This document shows, piece by piece, positions 39,508 through 53,360 of a DNA stretch of 64,000 nt (position 1 is its first letter; the number at the start of each line of letters is the position of its first letter). The stretch lies in assembly GCA_951406725.2 (NCBI GenBank), contig OX597818.1, forward strand, positions 68,386,001 to 68,450,000, in the 5' to 3' direction. The notes under the pieces are model-generated. The model did no database searches. It was not told the origin of the DNA and worked only from the letters and a program-made list of their open reading frames with translations. The position numbers and the translations under genes were made by a program. The stretch comes from Octopus vulgaris. Lineage: Eukaryota.

Positions 39508-40140
39508 CGAGCTGACAGAAACGTTAGCACGCCGGGCGAAATGCTTAGCCGTATTTCGTCTGCCGCTACGTTCTGAGTTCAAATTCCGCCGAGGTCGACT
39601 TTGCCTTTCATCTTTTTGGGGTCGATTAAATAAGTACCAGTTATGCACTGGGGTCGAGGTAATCGACTTAATCCGTTTGTCTGTCCTTGTTTGTCCTCTC
39701 TGTGTTTATCCCCTTGTGGGTAGTAAAGAAATAGGTATTTCGACTATCTTTATGACCTCCTGAGTTCAAATTCCGTCGAGATCACCATTACCTTTTATCT
39801 TTCGAGGTCGATAAATTAAGTACCAGTTGCGTTCTGGGATCGCTCTAATCGACTGCCCCTCCAAAAACAATTTTGGGCCTTGTGCCTAGAGTAGAAAAGA
39901 ATATTACTGCCGCGAAGACGGCGAGCTGGCAAAGTCGTTAGCACGCCGAGCAAAATGCTTAGCCGTATTTTGTCAGCCTTTACGTTCCGAGTTCAAATTC
40001 GGCCGAAGTTAAGTTTGCATTTCATCCTTTCGGTGTTAATATAATAAGTACCAGCTTATTACTGGGGGTCAACGTAAACGACCGACATCCTTCCCACACC
40101 ACCGAAAAGGCTGACCTTATGCCAGAATTTTAAAGTCATA
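39508..40140 (+). mobile_element. SINE family A dimer plus adjacent monomer
   Basis: Three family-A cores in tandem. Confidence 0.9.
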
Positions 40141-40397
40141 TTACTGCCGGTTTTTCAGCCGTAGGTTTCTTAGTTCTAAATGAGTACTTCTCTGGTCAAA
40201 TTCAATCCATCAATGACAATTGAATCTCTTTCTTACGGACAAAAGTTTATTTCTTTAATGACTGCCCGTTGTTTCAGGCAAAATGTAGTCTAATACAAGG
40301 AATGACAAAAACCGTTAGATCTACCATTTTTTGATAGACGCTTCACCAACTACCATGCAATATACACTGGCAAGAACTTGACGGTAACTAGAAAAAG

Positions 40398-40690
40398 CCC
40401 GTGGCTTAGTGGCTAGGGTATTCAGTTCACGATCGTAAGGTCATGAGTTCGATTTCAGGCGGTGCTTAGTGTCCTTGAAATGCGTTTCCAGATACATTAT
40501 TTCACGTTGCTTCTGTCCCTTCAGCAGGCAAAACGAGTTGTAGCTGTATTTCAAGGGGCCAGGCTTGTTACACTCTGTGTGACGCTGCATCTCCCTGAGA
40601 ACTACATTAAAGATACATGTGTCTATGGAGAGCTCAGAAATTTGCACGAGCAGGCTGTTCCGTTGATTGGATCAACTGGAACCCTCAGAA
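40398..40690 (+). mobile_element. SINE family C
   Basis: Homologous to 4189-4480. Confidence 0.8.
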
Positions 40691-41039
40691 TTTTATCTAC
40701 AAGAAAGTCCCATTACCACCTGCTCAGCTTCCCTAGTGTCGCATCAAGATGGCCATGTAAAATATGAGGGAGTTTTCTGGTGCCTACAGTGAAAACTGTC
40801 ACGCGACACAGCTATCAATAACGATTCTTACTCGACCATAAGGCTTGTCTATTGGTGATGAGTGTTGCTAGAAATCGAACACGACAAAAGCAAAACTTTT
40901 CAAAAGATTGGAAGTACTTGACATGGTAACAATAACGATGTAGCAATAAATTACAAATTCCTGGTTCGTCTCCGATGTTATCCCTCTCCCCAAAGTTTCA
41001 GGATTATTATTGTTGTTGTTGTTAATATTATCATCATAC

Positions 41040-41380
41040 TCATTAGCATCTTGTTTCAATTCTGTTTCCATTTCTTGACAAGTGTCTTCCTGACACCTAG
41101 GGCAGAGAAACGCACTGTATACATTGGTAGGCCATTAAGATAAATACACCAGATTGTTCACTTACAAAATCATGTGATAGATAAAAGGGGGAAGAACGAC
41201 AGAAAGAAAAGGAAAACACAAATAAAATAAAGGGGGAAAAGGGAAAGAAAATTCACAGCTCCAATGCTCTTCTCAATATGTGCAACCAGTTAAGACAATC
41301 TTTCGCACTTCCTGCATGGAAGGTAAGCCAGGGATCATTCTTAAATAATTTTCAGTTCCTTTTTTAATCATTCCTACAAT

Positions 41381-41383
<3 letters not shown>
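41040..41383 (-). pseudogene. R4/Dong-like non-LTR 3' end (restriction-like endonuclease C-terminus)
   Basis: GMIKKGTENYLRMIPGLPSMQEVRKIVLTG..ILRRA resembles the C-terminus of R4-clade ORFs; abuts (ATT)n. Confidence 0.65.
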
Positions 41384-41612
<229 letters not shown>

Positions 41613-43380
41613 ATTACCTTAGTAGTTAGGGTGTTGCACGCTTGAGATCGTGGTGCGTCTTGCTCTTGAGTAAACCACTTCATCTCACGGTAGTCTGCGA
41701 TCCCTTCGATACGGTGCCCCTGTGTTCAGGCAATACCTATCTAATGGACAGAGTGAGCTAGTGCACAGCACATACATTTGATCGCCATAAAACAAACCAT
41801 TCGTGCAGGTCATTCGGTAAAAGCTAGACACCCATACGTCATCGTCTTCGACGGCAGAATCCGTCATCATTGTCATCATAATTATCAGGAGCAGCAACAG
41901 CAGAATCATTATTGGTTATATCACTGCTTTAGGAGCAATTCTTTATTCCCGTAGCGGACTTGCAATAAAACCTTATAAGCAGTAACATTTTTGCTTTGTT
42001 TTATATTTCCCTCCATTCTCTTATCAATGGACAGTGGTAACAATATCTCGGTTTTTCTTGGTTGTCATCTCCCACAGCTCGCTCTGACTGCAATATTTGT
42101 TAATAAACCTATATGGAAAACACAGATTTCATGGATTCCAACATTTTCATCGACATCGACATCGAATCGTTAAATGGAATCATTAATATTTAATGCGATA
42201 GTCCATGATCTCATTGGCTAATCAGGAATTCAGCAAAGAACGCAAAAAAAAAAGAAGAAAAACACTGAAAACCAAAAAGTTACAAATGTCAGCATCACAC
42301 AAAGGAACAGAACGTCAATTCCAGTGTGGACCAATCATCTGCGAAAATATGCTGATAATCCATGACGTGATTATCTTTAAATCATCGTTATTGGCGTTGT
42401 TATCATCATCATCATCACCGTCATCATCATTGCCATGCTCATCATCATCATCATTAACAGCAGCCGCAGCATCCTTGTCTTCGTCTTCGTCGCCACCGAC
42501 GTCATTGTTTTCACGTCCATTTTTCCAAGCTTCTACGCATCAGAATCGATGGAGGCAGATTTTTCGGCAATCTGCTGATGACCTTCCGGCGAGTAATCCC
42601 CACTCGTTTCTAAATGAAGGAGAATCTCCCAATGAGATTCTTATTTTCACAGAAGATTTAAATGCAAGGACACCGCTTGTATGATTGTGACACACATTTC
42701 CAATGATCACATGATGTCGAAAAAACAAGGCACACACACACACACACACATAAATACACATGACAGACATCTTTAGCTTTCGTCTACCAAACCGTCTCAC
42801 AGGTTCTGGTTGGTCCAGGGTTTTCAATACGAGGAAACTTGAAACTAAGGTTTTAGAAACCGAACTTCTTAATCACAAATTTTCACTGAATTCTTTTATT
42901 TGTTTCAGTCATCTTACTGCGGCCATGCTGGAGCACCGCCTTTAGTCGAACGAATCAAACCAAGGACTTCTTTGTAAGCCTAGTACTTATCCTATTGATC
43001 GCTTTTACAAAACCACTAGGGTAATGGGGACGTAAACACACTAACATCGATCGTCAAGCGATGGTGAGGGGACAAACACAGACATACAAACATTTATATA
43101 TATATACATATAGGCGCAGGAGTGGCTGTGTGGTAAGTAGCCTGCTTACCAACAACATGGTTCCGGGTTCAGTCTCACTGCGTGGCATCTTGGGCAAATG
43201 TCTTCTGCTATAACCCCGGGCCGACCAATACCTTGTGAGTGGACTTGGTAGATGGAAGCTGAAAGAAGCCTGTCGTATATATGTATATATATATTTATTT
43301 ATTTATAATATATATATATATATATTTATTTATTTATAATATATATATATAGGAAAAAAGCAACAAGAATGGATTAAAAT

Positions 43381-43466
43381 CTCGGTACAATTGTTTCGTA
43401 CGAGGACATCTTTAATAAGCTACAAAAAATGCAGTAAATACAGATGGCTCGTACTCGTCAGCCGAA
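43381..43466 (-). ncRNA. Type I hammerhead ribozyme, canonical core (minus-strand copy)
   Basis: Reverse complement of the motif at 43948-44033. Confidence 0.85.
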
Positions 43467-43947
43467 AAAAACATCAGAGAATTCCCAAACATCAAAAGGG
43501 GTAGATACAACAGAGGATGTAAGATTAACTGCAGTGAAGAAAGTTCGATTCCTGGAGATCCGATGAAAGGTCTTAAACTTACAGAATTTGTGCATGTCTA
43601 CATATAGCTCATATTGAATTGCTAATCAAGTTGTGTGAAGAAATTTCGGATACAGTCATGCGAAATTTCTGAAAAACCGAGTAAGAAGCAAAGTGACTGT
43701 CATATCGTGTAGAGGAACAGATTGTTATTGAAATTTACAAGAATCGCAGATAAGTTCGATTCTTGGAGATCCGATGAAAAGTCTTGAACTTACAGAATAT
43801 GAGCTATATGTAGACATGCACAAATTCTGTAAGTTTAAGACCTTTCATCGGATCTCCAGGAATCGAACTTTCTTCAATGCAGTTAATCTTACACCCTCTG
43901 TTGTATCTACCCCTTTTGATGTTTGTTTGCGAATTCTCTGATGTTTT

Positions 43948-44033
43948 TTCGGCTGACGAGTACGAGCCATCTGTATTTACTGCAATTTTTGTAGCTTATT
44001 AAAGATGTCCTCGTACGAAACAATTGTACCGAG
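43948..44033 (+). ncRNA. Type I hammerhead ribozyme, canonical core
   Basis: TTCGG-CTGACGA-GTACGAG...CTCGTAC-GAAA-CAATTG-TA-CCGAG; predicted cleavage after GUA at 44028. Confidence 0.88.
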
Positions 44034-44182
44034 ATTTTAATCCATTCTTGTTGCTTTTTTCCTATTTGTAATCACCCCACTTGTCGTATGGTTAACACAT
44101 ATATATTTCCGGTGCATCCTAGTTAAGGACCATATTCATGTGAATTCATTAGAATTCACTTGAATCTCAATTACTTAAACCG

Positions 44183-44279
<97 letters not shown>

Positions 44280-44704
44280 ATGTTTGTGTGTCTGTGTTTG
44301 TTCCCCTAACATTGCTTGACAACCGATGCTGGTGTGTTTACGTCCTCGTCACTTAGCAGTTCGGCAAAAGAGACCGATGGAATAAGTACTGGGCTTACAA
44401 AGAATAAGTCCCGGGGTCGATTTGCTCGACTAAAGGCGGTGCTCCAGCATGGCCGCAGTCAGATGACTGAAACAAGTAAAAGAGTATATATATATATAAA
44501 TATACGACAGGCTTCTTCCAGTTTCCATCTAACAAATCCATTCACAAGACTTTGGTCGGCCGAGGCTGTAGCAGAAGACACTTACCCGAGGTTCCACAGA
44601 GTGGGATTGAACCCGCAACTATGTGGTTGGTAAGCAGACTTCTAACCACACAGCCACGCCTGCATGAAGATTTAATAAAATTTCCTCTGTAATAAATCTT
44701 TTGT

Positions 44705-45545
44705 AATATTGGCTTCGAATTTTGGCTCAAGACCAATATTTTCGAGGGAAAGGGAAAGTCGATTACATCGACCCCAGTGCGTGACCGGTACTTATTTAAT
44801 CGACACCGAAAGGATGAAAGGCAAAGTTGACCTCGTTGGAATTTTAACTCAGAACGTAAAATAAGACGAAATACCTATTTCTTTACTACCCACAAGGGGC
44901 TAAACACAGAGAGAACAAACAAGGACAGACAAACGGATTAAGTCGATTATATCGACATCAGTGCGTAACTGGTACTTATTTAGTCGACCCCGAAAGGATG
45001 AAAGTCAAAGTCGACCTCATTGGAATTTGAACTCACAACGTAGTGGCAGACGAAATACCTATTTCTTTACTACCCACAAGGGGCCAAACACAGAGAGGAC
45101 AAACAAGGTCAGACAAACGGATTAAATCGATTATATCGACCCCAGTGCGTAAATGGTACTTAATTTAAATACCCCGAAAGGATGAAAGGCAAAGTCGACC
45201 TCGGCGGAAATTTTTAACTCAGAACGTAGCGGCAGACGAAATAACGCTCAGCATTTCGTCCAGCGCGCTAACGGTTCTGCCGGCTCACCACCTTCTCTAC
45301 GTTTCTAATATTCGTTTCTAATGTAGGCACAAGGCCCGAAATTTTGGAAGAAGGGGTCAGTCGATTACATTGACCCCAGCGCGAAACTGGTACTTAATTT
45401 ATCGACCCCGAAAGGATGAAATGTAAAGTCAACTTCGGTGGAATTTGAACTCAGAACGTAACGGCAGACGAAATACCGCTCAGCATTTCGTCCAGCGCGC
45501 TAGCGGTTCTGCCAGCTCACCACCGTCTCTGCCTCTCTAATATTG
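44705..45545 (-). mobile_element. SINE family A array (trimer plus monomer)
   Basis: Four copies of CCGAAAGGATGAAA...AACTCA(G/C)AACGTA. Confidence 0.9.
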
Positions 45546-46000
45546 ATTATATTTCTGCTTTGGTAGGTATTACTGCTATTTTACTACTACTGCAACTATT
45601 ACTGCTATTGTCACTACTACTACTCTCAATTGCCCCTCTTTTGGGAAACTCACTCCTTAAAATCCTCAGTCTTCTAACCCCCATTATATTCATTCTGTAT
45701 ACAATGCTAAGGGCAAATAGAAGTTTAAAAAATAGTGAGAATAAGTGAAACAAAACTAAATACCAAAGGACCAAAATCGAAGTCAACTGACCATCTCTCC
45801 GTGCCCATCCCAAAAGGACTGATCTATGCAGAGAAAAACACACAAACACCCCAGAACCTTGGAATCGAGGTATATATTTCATCTTTTACTTCTTGTTTCA
45901 TGCTGGAGCAACGTGGTGAAGGGTGTAGTCTAACAAATCAAATACAGTACTTAATTTTTAAGCCTGCAACTTATTATATCGGTCTCTATTGCTGAATCGT

Positions 46001-46476
46001 CATTAGTAGCATGGACTAATCTTGGAATGTAACTTTTCTACTGGAAATGCGTTTCAAAATGCGTTGGACCGACGATTTAGAAATACCTGTCTCACGACTC
46101 GCTTGTCACATAGATTTTCTTGCACTTTGGTGATACGTTTCCAGCATTCTTTCTTGCTTTGTGGAGGTTGTCAATGTTCGTGGTCTTCAGGAACTCTTCT
46201 CGTGGACATTCTGAACAGTTCCATCGGCTCCAAAACTTATCTCTAATTTGAGTGATGGTAAGTTACATTGGTGGATCCGTTTGAAACTCCCTCCTAAACT
46301 ATCTTTGTACTTCAACTGCGTTTTCACATTTCCAGTAGCATTTTAGAATGAATTTCCATTGTTCAAAGCTTAGTCTGACTGCCATCATTAATTCCAGTGG
46401 GTTTCATCTGGAAAGGTAAGCACATCAAGTGAGTTATCAACTGCTAAAGTGTGTGTACATCTTTTGGGGCATCCTG
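46001..46476 (-). mobile_element. Tc1/mariner 5' end: TIR plus decayed HTH region of the transposase
   Basis: TA|CAGGATGCCCCAAAAG terminus; MAVRLSFEQWKFILKCYWK...VQR*FRREF...GTV...RPRT...RKS..QASRETGISKSSVQRILK. Confidence 0.8.
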
Positions 46477-46479
46477 TAC

Positions 46480-46511
<32 letters not shown>

Positions 46512-46514
46512 ATT

Positions 46515-46548
<34 letters not shown>

Positions 46549-46566
46549 CATACATACATACATACA

Positions 46567-46600
<34 letters not shown>

Positions 46601-46633
46601 CATACATACATGCATACATATATATGTATATTC

Positions 46634-46680
<47 letters not shown>

Positions 46681-46750
46681 GGTCCCGGGTTGAGTCGGGG
46701 TTAACCACAGTAAATAAGGTACTCAATACATAGCAGAATAAATTAATTAA

Positions 46751-46864
46751 TTTATTTTATAGAAGAAGCTTCTACAGGACAAGAACTGTTTCATTCAAAA
46801 GAAATCATCAGGAGCTTCCTGATGATTTCATTTGAACCTGTAGAAGCTCCTTCTATAAAATAAA

Positions 46865-46865
<1 letters not shown>
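46751..46865 (-). ncRNA. Fold-back containing a degenerate hammerhead motif
   Basis: Minus strand GAAGCTC-CTGATGA-TTTC tttt GAAT-GAAACAG ttcttgtc CTGTA-GAAGCTTC; the plus arm is a deleted inverted copy. Confidence 0.6.
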
Positions 46866-46926
<61 letters not shown>

Positions 46927-47049
46927 AATATATATATATACATATATATACATATATGTCCAAGCTGGCCAGATCTGACCTCCCTCACTAAACCAGCAAT
47001 ATCATTTTAAATGTAAACAATCGTATTGTAGCAATGAGATATCTGTTAC

Positions 47050-47360
47050 TAGTTCCAGTCATTAGACTGTGGCCATGCTGGGGCACTGCCTTGATGAATT
47101 TTGGTCAAAGGAATCGTTGCCAGTACTTATCACTATTTATAAAGCCTGGTACATGTTGCATTAGTCTCTTTTGCTGGACTGCTAAGTTATGGGGACAGAA
47201 ACACACCAACACTGGTTGTCAAGCACTGGTGGTGGTGGTGGTGGTGGGGTGAACAAGCAGTGTTGCTCTACCAAGTCCGTTCACAAGGCTTTCATCAATC
47301 CGAGAGTAAGGTGGAAGACATTTGCCCAAGGTGTCGCACAATGGGACTAAGCCAAAAACC
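47050..47360 (-). mobile_element. SINE family B, decayed
   Basis: GACTGTGGCCATGCTGGGGCAC tail and GAAGACATTTGCCCAAGG core in reverse orientation. Confidence 0.75.
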
Positions 47361-47794
47361 ATGGATAAACATGCATCACATTTGACAGAGTAATGTGAAG
47401 GCTAATGGCTCAAATGTGGTAAACAGTCCTCTAATTTTGAATGGTTAACTAGTGTCTTCCAATATGCAGTCAGTTCAGTTTCTCATATTCCTGCATTCTC
47501 TTCTACAAGACCCAGCTAAAACCGATCATACCGCTATTTAATCACACTAATTTCATAATATTTGGCTAATTATTTTCACTTTAATAACTTATTAAAATAA
47601 TTTCTATAAAACTTTCCCTTATATTAAATTCTCGTCAAAACATTTTCAATAAAAATTTCATTATTCAAAACACATTAAGTGGTAATATTATGACAAATGT
47701 ATGGAATGTAAGGTATGTTGATGTATTTTCAGTTTTTCGTTCTTTTTCTTTTTAACGTCATCATTTTTGACAACACAGGTATACTAGTAATAAA

Positions 47795-48000
47795 TATTCT
47801 TTTTTACTATAGGCACAAAAGCTGAAATTTTGTGGGAAAGGGTAAGTTGATTACATCGACACCCAGTACACAACTGGTACTTATTTTATTGACTCCGAAA
47901 GGATGAAAGACAAAGTCGACCTCAATGAAATTTGAACCCAGAACAAACTGCCTCTCAGTATTTCGCCCAACGTGCTAATGATTCTGCCAGCTCACTGCCT
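47795..48000 (-). mobile_element. SINE family A monomer
   Basis: CGAAAGGATGAAAGACAAAGTCGAC...TCTGCCAGCTC. Confidence 0.8.
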
Positions 48001-48072
48001 TATATACTTGTAGGAAATATTAAAGAACAAAAAAAAACAGAGTTGTGAACCGTTAAACGCTATCAGAGTTAA

Positions 48073-48469
48073 TCTTTATATATAAAAGTCAAGTTGTGTG
48101 TCTGTCTCCTACGATTTAAATTCCTAACTACTCCCGCATTTTGCGGTGCAGTTTAACCAAAATCGGGTATCTTATAGTCGTGATTCATATCGAGCCCTTC
48201 TGGGTATTAGCGCGCGTCTACGATGAGTCTACAATTTAAAAAAAAATTTACCATCATTTTTTTCCAATTTAATGCATTTTTTTCGCTATTATAAACGGAA
48301 GTAACTGTCTAAAAATGTCTACGATGAGTCAACGATTTAAAAAAAAATTACCATCATTTTTTTCCATCTTTAATGCATTTTTTTTGCTATTTTTTGGCTA
48401 TAACTCTCTAAAAATGCTTATATAGTTATTTCCCTTACAAACCCGAGCAACGCCGGGCGAAACTGCTAG
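48073..48469 (+). mobile_element. Non-autonomous Helitron with ~100-bp internal duplication
   Basis: A|TC start, subterminal hairpin CCCGAGCAACGCCGGG, CTAG|T end; GTCTACGATGAGTC...TAATGCATTTTTT occurs twice. Confidence 0.88.
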
Positions 48470-48889
48470 TATCAAATATAACAACACTATAACGTCTGCT
48501 ATATGCAGTTACTGTTCTCGTTATCTGGGCGGTGGGGGACTCGTTATCCGGGGGCTTGTGTGCCATGTGAGGGTCAAAAGCTTTCCAAATTAAATCAATA
48601 CACTGTCAATAACAAGAGGAATTTATTCATGATTGGAGGATTAGGGAATTTTATACTTTTAATTTCTGTAGAGTCATTTTCGTTTCTGGTCCTCTTTGAC
48701 AGACCGAGTCTCCAGGGATTCGGATGATAATTAGGTAGAGAGAGAGACAGACAGACAGAGAGACAGAGAGACAGAGAGACAGAGAGTGATCTTATTTGGA
48801 TAGTGTTTGGGTCTTGGAGTTTATGAGGAATCCCTGTTGATCTGAGGGCGCTTTAAATACATACTCCCATATATATTTACGTATAGGCA

Positions 48890-49392
48890 TTCATGCATAT
48901 ACACATACATACATACATGCACAAATACACACTTACATGCATGTACACGGACATACACAGACATCATACAGTTACACACACACATTCTCTCATAGATATA
49001 CACTTACATGCACATATATATATTTATACACACATATATTTATTTACACACAGAGACACATACATACACACATACATATATGCATACACACACATATATA
49101 TACATACATGCATACTTATACACACACATACACGCATACATATACAGACACATACATACATATATGCATACTTATGCACACACCTACTCATACATACATA
49201 TACACGCACATACATGCATACATACACAAACCTACATGCGCGCACACATACATACATATACTCAAATACATACATACATATACATGCATGCACACATATA
49301 CACATACACACACACACATATAAACACACACATGCGTACATACATACACACACCTACATGCACACACACATACACACATACATACATACATA
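48890..49392. repeat. CA/TA-rich degenerate microsatellite
   Basis: Visible directly. Confidence 0.9.
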
Positions 49393-50689
49393 GATGCCAT
49401 CAGCAACAAGCGTGCACACACAAAGGATCATTCAAAATGTGTTTCTGGATGTTTCCCCTGCAACCAAGCTGACCCAAAGAACCCAACAACGGTCAATCGT
49501 AATTGTTTTACTTCTACAACAAATAAGAGAAACAATTTTCATTCATCAATTTAACCTCATTCACACCAGATTTTCTAAAAGTATTTTCTTTCATGTGAGG
49601 TTTATTTCTTGTACAATCATAACTGACATTGATAACAACACCCTCAGCATCCGCATCTGTTTCTTTCCCAGCTGTGAGATATCTTAGAAGGTAAATTTTC
49701 TTCTCATTTTATTTCATCCTTGAAATAAATAAAGATGTTCTTCAATGCTTGAGAAGATCCTTTTATTGGTTTCAGGAACTGTTAGATAAAACACTGGGTT
49801 GAATTACATCCAGACTTCAGCCCCTTCGCAACTAAACACTTATGACAATGGCCATCTTCTATTCTTGCAAAATAGCAATCATAGAATTCAATCAATATAT
49901 TCCTCTACCAGGATACTTACTGTCTTTCTGCTTTGATCTAAAACCATCAAAAACTGCCAAGGAGACCAGCAAGAATGTAAACAAACTGACAGCATTAGCA
50001 CAACCATCATACAACTTTGCTGGATTGCTATCACTTCCATGTTTTGACTGCACAGACACAAATGTATAATATATACAAGTGAAAAATATCTTAAAACCAC
50101 AGTTTAAAATGTTTTTGAAGTTCTTTCAGTTCATATTAAGTAATCGACCTTACTTAGAGTTAGAGAAAGACTACCCACTCTCATGGTAAAAGTTATTGAT
50201 GATATCACTGGAGTCTGTATTAAAAAAATGCAATAACACATATCAGAATATTAAAAGCCATATGTATTCAACTGCTGTTACTCTGAGGGAGTAACAGGGA
50301 GAAATGTATAAAGCAGACAGCAATGAAATAACTCCTCATGGGCAACCCAACTGGGTTGACACTAAAGGAAAATATAAAGAACTTTGAGAACAGAATAGGA
50401 AAAAAAATGTCAGGTGAAGGATAACCTTACAACACACCAATAACACAAAAAAGAGGAATGGTAGAAGACGGATTTGCTTTCTGCTCAGCATTTGGAGTAA
50501 AATCTCACCAAGACTGAAAGTGAACTCAAGTCCCAGAGTGAAAAACTCTGCTAATGGAAGAAGTATGACAATGAGTGAGTACAAAGTACAGGTTTATAAT
50601 CACTTGGTGTAATACTTTTATAGTTAATTCTAAAACAGTAAACAGGAATATGAGGTGGCGGGGTGGATATCGTAGTAAAAAGAAACCTT

Positions 50690-51200
50690 CCCATGAAGAC
50701 TTAAAACCATTCTGCTGTAAGATTTGGAATAAAAAGTATTTTAATAGAAATTCAGCACAGCCAGACACAATAAAGCCAAAATACTGAGCCAACATCAATA
50801 GCGAAGCCAATACAATCGATGATGAAACTCTCACCAAAGCTACATAATGGGAAGACATCAAAAACTGACCTGGTTACTGGTACAAGACACTGACTGTTTA
50901 TAGAAAGTTATTTGTACATCTCTTTAAAATAAATGTGAAAGGTCAAACTGACCCACCAAACTGGCTTTCAAAAGCACAAACAAATCTAGTCGTTAAGAAT
51001 GGAAATACTGCTTTGGCAAAGAACTCTGGGCCCATAGCCTGCTTTAACAGTTTGTAAAAAGTGCACACAAACTACCTGAACTAATTCCTCTGAGACTATT
51101 GTGAGTCTAATTAATATAGTCACTAATGAGGAGGCAAGAGATAAAACAACAAACGTAGGGATGTACCAAAGAACTTTTGGGAAATAAAACAGTGCTGTAA
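50690..51200 (+). pseudogene. Decayed R4/Dong-like reverse transcriptase fragment
   Basis: From 50941: GQTDPPNWLSKAQTNLVVKNGNTALAKNSGPIACFNSL*K, matching P.WL..G.T.LI.K...T...NYRPI.CL...YK. Confidence 0.65.
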
Positions 51201-52561
51201 GATAGCAGCGTAAAATCTTTGTAAAAGGATGGCTTCATTGCAGAAAGAGTTTTTATCCCATTCCACACTCATACCTACCAAAGTTACTTTGGTTTGCTGA
51301 AGTAACTTGAGTTTAAGATGTTACCATCAAAAGGCTCAGGAACTTCTAGTCTTCAGTTCTGACTCTTGTAAATGAAATGGAATTATTGACTTTGATGTTA
51401 TGAATATTTCAACTGAGAAATTCTAAGTGGAGAGTCTGTCAGTGATTTTATTTTTTCCCCTTAAATCCACTGTCTTTTCATTTACAAAACTCCACTAGCC
51501 ATGTCCTAGGGTCTGCAGCAGAAAAAGACACTCATAATACTTCATAATTTGTGAACAATTTAAAGATTTATGTCTGAAATATTTACAATGCTGGAAAAAC
51601 AATCAATTTTAAGGATATTTTCCTCTGATATAAGTAGGAACGGAATTTGAGTTAAAGAAATTTCATGTTTAACAAATGAAAGTGGAAAAACTGTTTCACA
51701 AACTGAAAATCTTTCCCCCAAAGGTCTCTTTATCTCTGTCATTCCACAAACGAGTGCTATAAATCCCAAGGCAAGGAATGGAAATTTATCATACAAAGAG
51801 TGAGCAACCTAAAATATTATATCAGATTAAAAAAGATTTGGCAGTCAGAGCTATGCTCTTACATGACATCACCACACAATGCATTTGTAGTGTCCAAACT
51901 GATAGCAACATTTGGAATACGTGGCTGGATTACAGAGGAAATTCTCATCTATAGACATTAAAACCTGCAAAGATCCTGATATCAACTGCAAACTGCCTGA
52001 GAAACAGTGATATTGATGGACTGTGTCTCAGATGAAGAGGGAAAGCAAGAATCTTTAGAGTGACGAAGACATCTTTGGATATTGTATCAGATGACATCTG
52101 CTACACAACAGAAACAGGAAGAAATACATCAACCAAACACGGAAAAACCAAGGGAATAATATTTTGGGATTCAGCAGAGGTCTCCATAAGAATCATTCAT
52201 TCTTTAATGTCCTTCCATGTGATTCCATAAAAATTTGGAAGGGAAATACTCTGAACATACCTGAAAAAGATTAAACAAGGGTAAGTTTCCAGTAAACTGC
52301 AGAAGGAGGATAATATTTGTTTCAAACTTTGATACAAGGGCAGCAATTTCAGGGTAAGGGTAAGTCGACAGCATGCACACCAGTACACAACTGGTAATTG
52401 TATGATCGACCCCAAAAGGGTGAAAGGCAAAATCAAACTCAGCAGGATTAGAACTCAGAACGAAATGCTGTGAAGCATTTGGCCTGGTGGACTAACAAAT
52501 CTATCAGCAGCTCACCACCTTAAGGACGATAGTGATATTGGAATGAAGTGTTGTTTCATGA

Positions 52562-52598
52562 TAAGAGAGAGAGAGAGAGTAGTAGTAGCAGTGGTAGT

Positions 52599-52673
<75 letters not shown>

Positions 52674-52725
52674 TGTAGTAGTAGTAGTAGTAGTAGCAGT
52701 AGTAGTAGTAGTAGTAGTAGTAGAA
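52562..52725. repeat. (GA)n then (TAG)n/(CAG)n microsatellite
   Basis: Visible directly. Confidence 0.95.
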
Positions 52726-52836
52726 ACAGCAAAGCACCCAACTAGGTAACTTAAAGCATGTTCTTTTTATTCAGTCTTGTTGTGTCAATTGAGTTATTTT
52801 TTATCTCTCCATGGCTGGTAAATTACCATCATCACC

Positions 52837-52868
<32 letters not shown>

Positions 52869-53214
52869 TTAAAGTCCGCATTCCATGCTAGCATGGGTGG
52901 GACGGTACCACAGGAGCTGGTCAGGCTGAAGTCTGCACCAGACTTCTGTGACTGTTTTGGCAGGATTTTTACAGGTGGATACCCTTCTTAAAACCACCCA
53001 CTCAACAGAGTGGCCTGGGTGCTTTTAAATGGCACCTGCACTGACAGGGTCACCAAGTACTTGCCAGACAAAAACTTTTAGGCGGGGAGGGGGCATTGGA
53101 GAAGGTAATGTAATTTAATATACCAATAATATAGAGTAATATACTAGTCACCTTCCTCCTCCACCTCCTTCCCTTCGTCATTTGATGTCTGTTTTCCATG
53201 CTGCCTGGATTCAA

Positions 53215-53360
53215 TCATCATCATCGTTTAATGTTCGCTTTCCATGCTAGCATGGGTTGGACGATTTTGACTGAGGGCTGGTGAAGCAGATGGCTGCACC
53301 AGACTCCAGTCTGATCTGGCAGTGTTTCTACAGCTGGATGCCCTTCCTAACGCCAACCAG
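53215..53360 (-). mobile_element. SINE-like family E with (GAT)n tail
   Basis: Minus strand GGTTGGCGTTAGGAAGGGCATCCAGC...CCAACCCATGCTAGCATGGAAAG...(GAT)n; related copies near 52830-53050, 57165-57480 and 58330-58540. Confidence 0.8.

Larger units (their letters stand above)
43349..44184. mobile_element. Fold-back non-autonomous element with ~268-bp near-identical inverted arms (PLE pLTR/retrozyme-like)
   Basis: 43349-43615 is the reverse complement of 43796-44065 with few differences; unique extension 44066-44184; flanked by (TA)n. Confidence 0.85.
43113..44484 (+). mobile_element. SINE family B split by an insertion in its central microsatellite
   Basis: Head 43113-43276 and tail 44280-44484 are nearly contiguous in the intact copy at 60130-60492. 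Confidence 0.85.
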
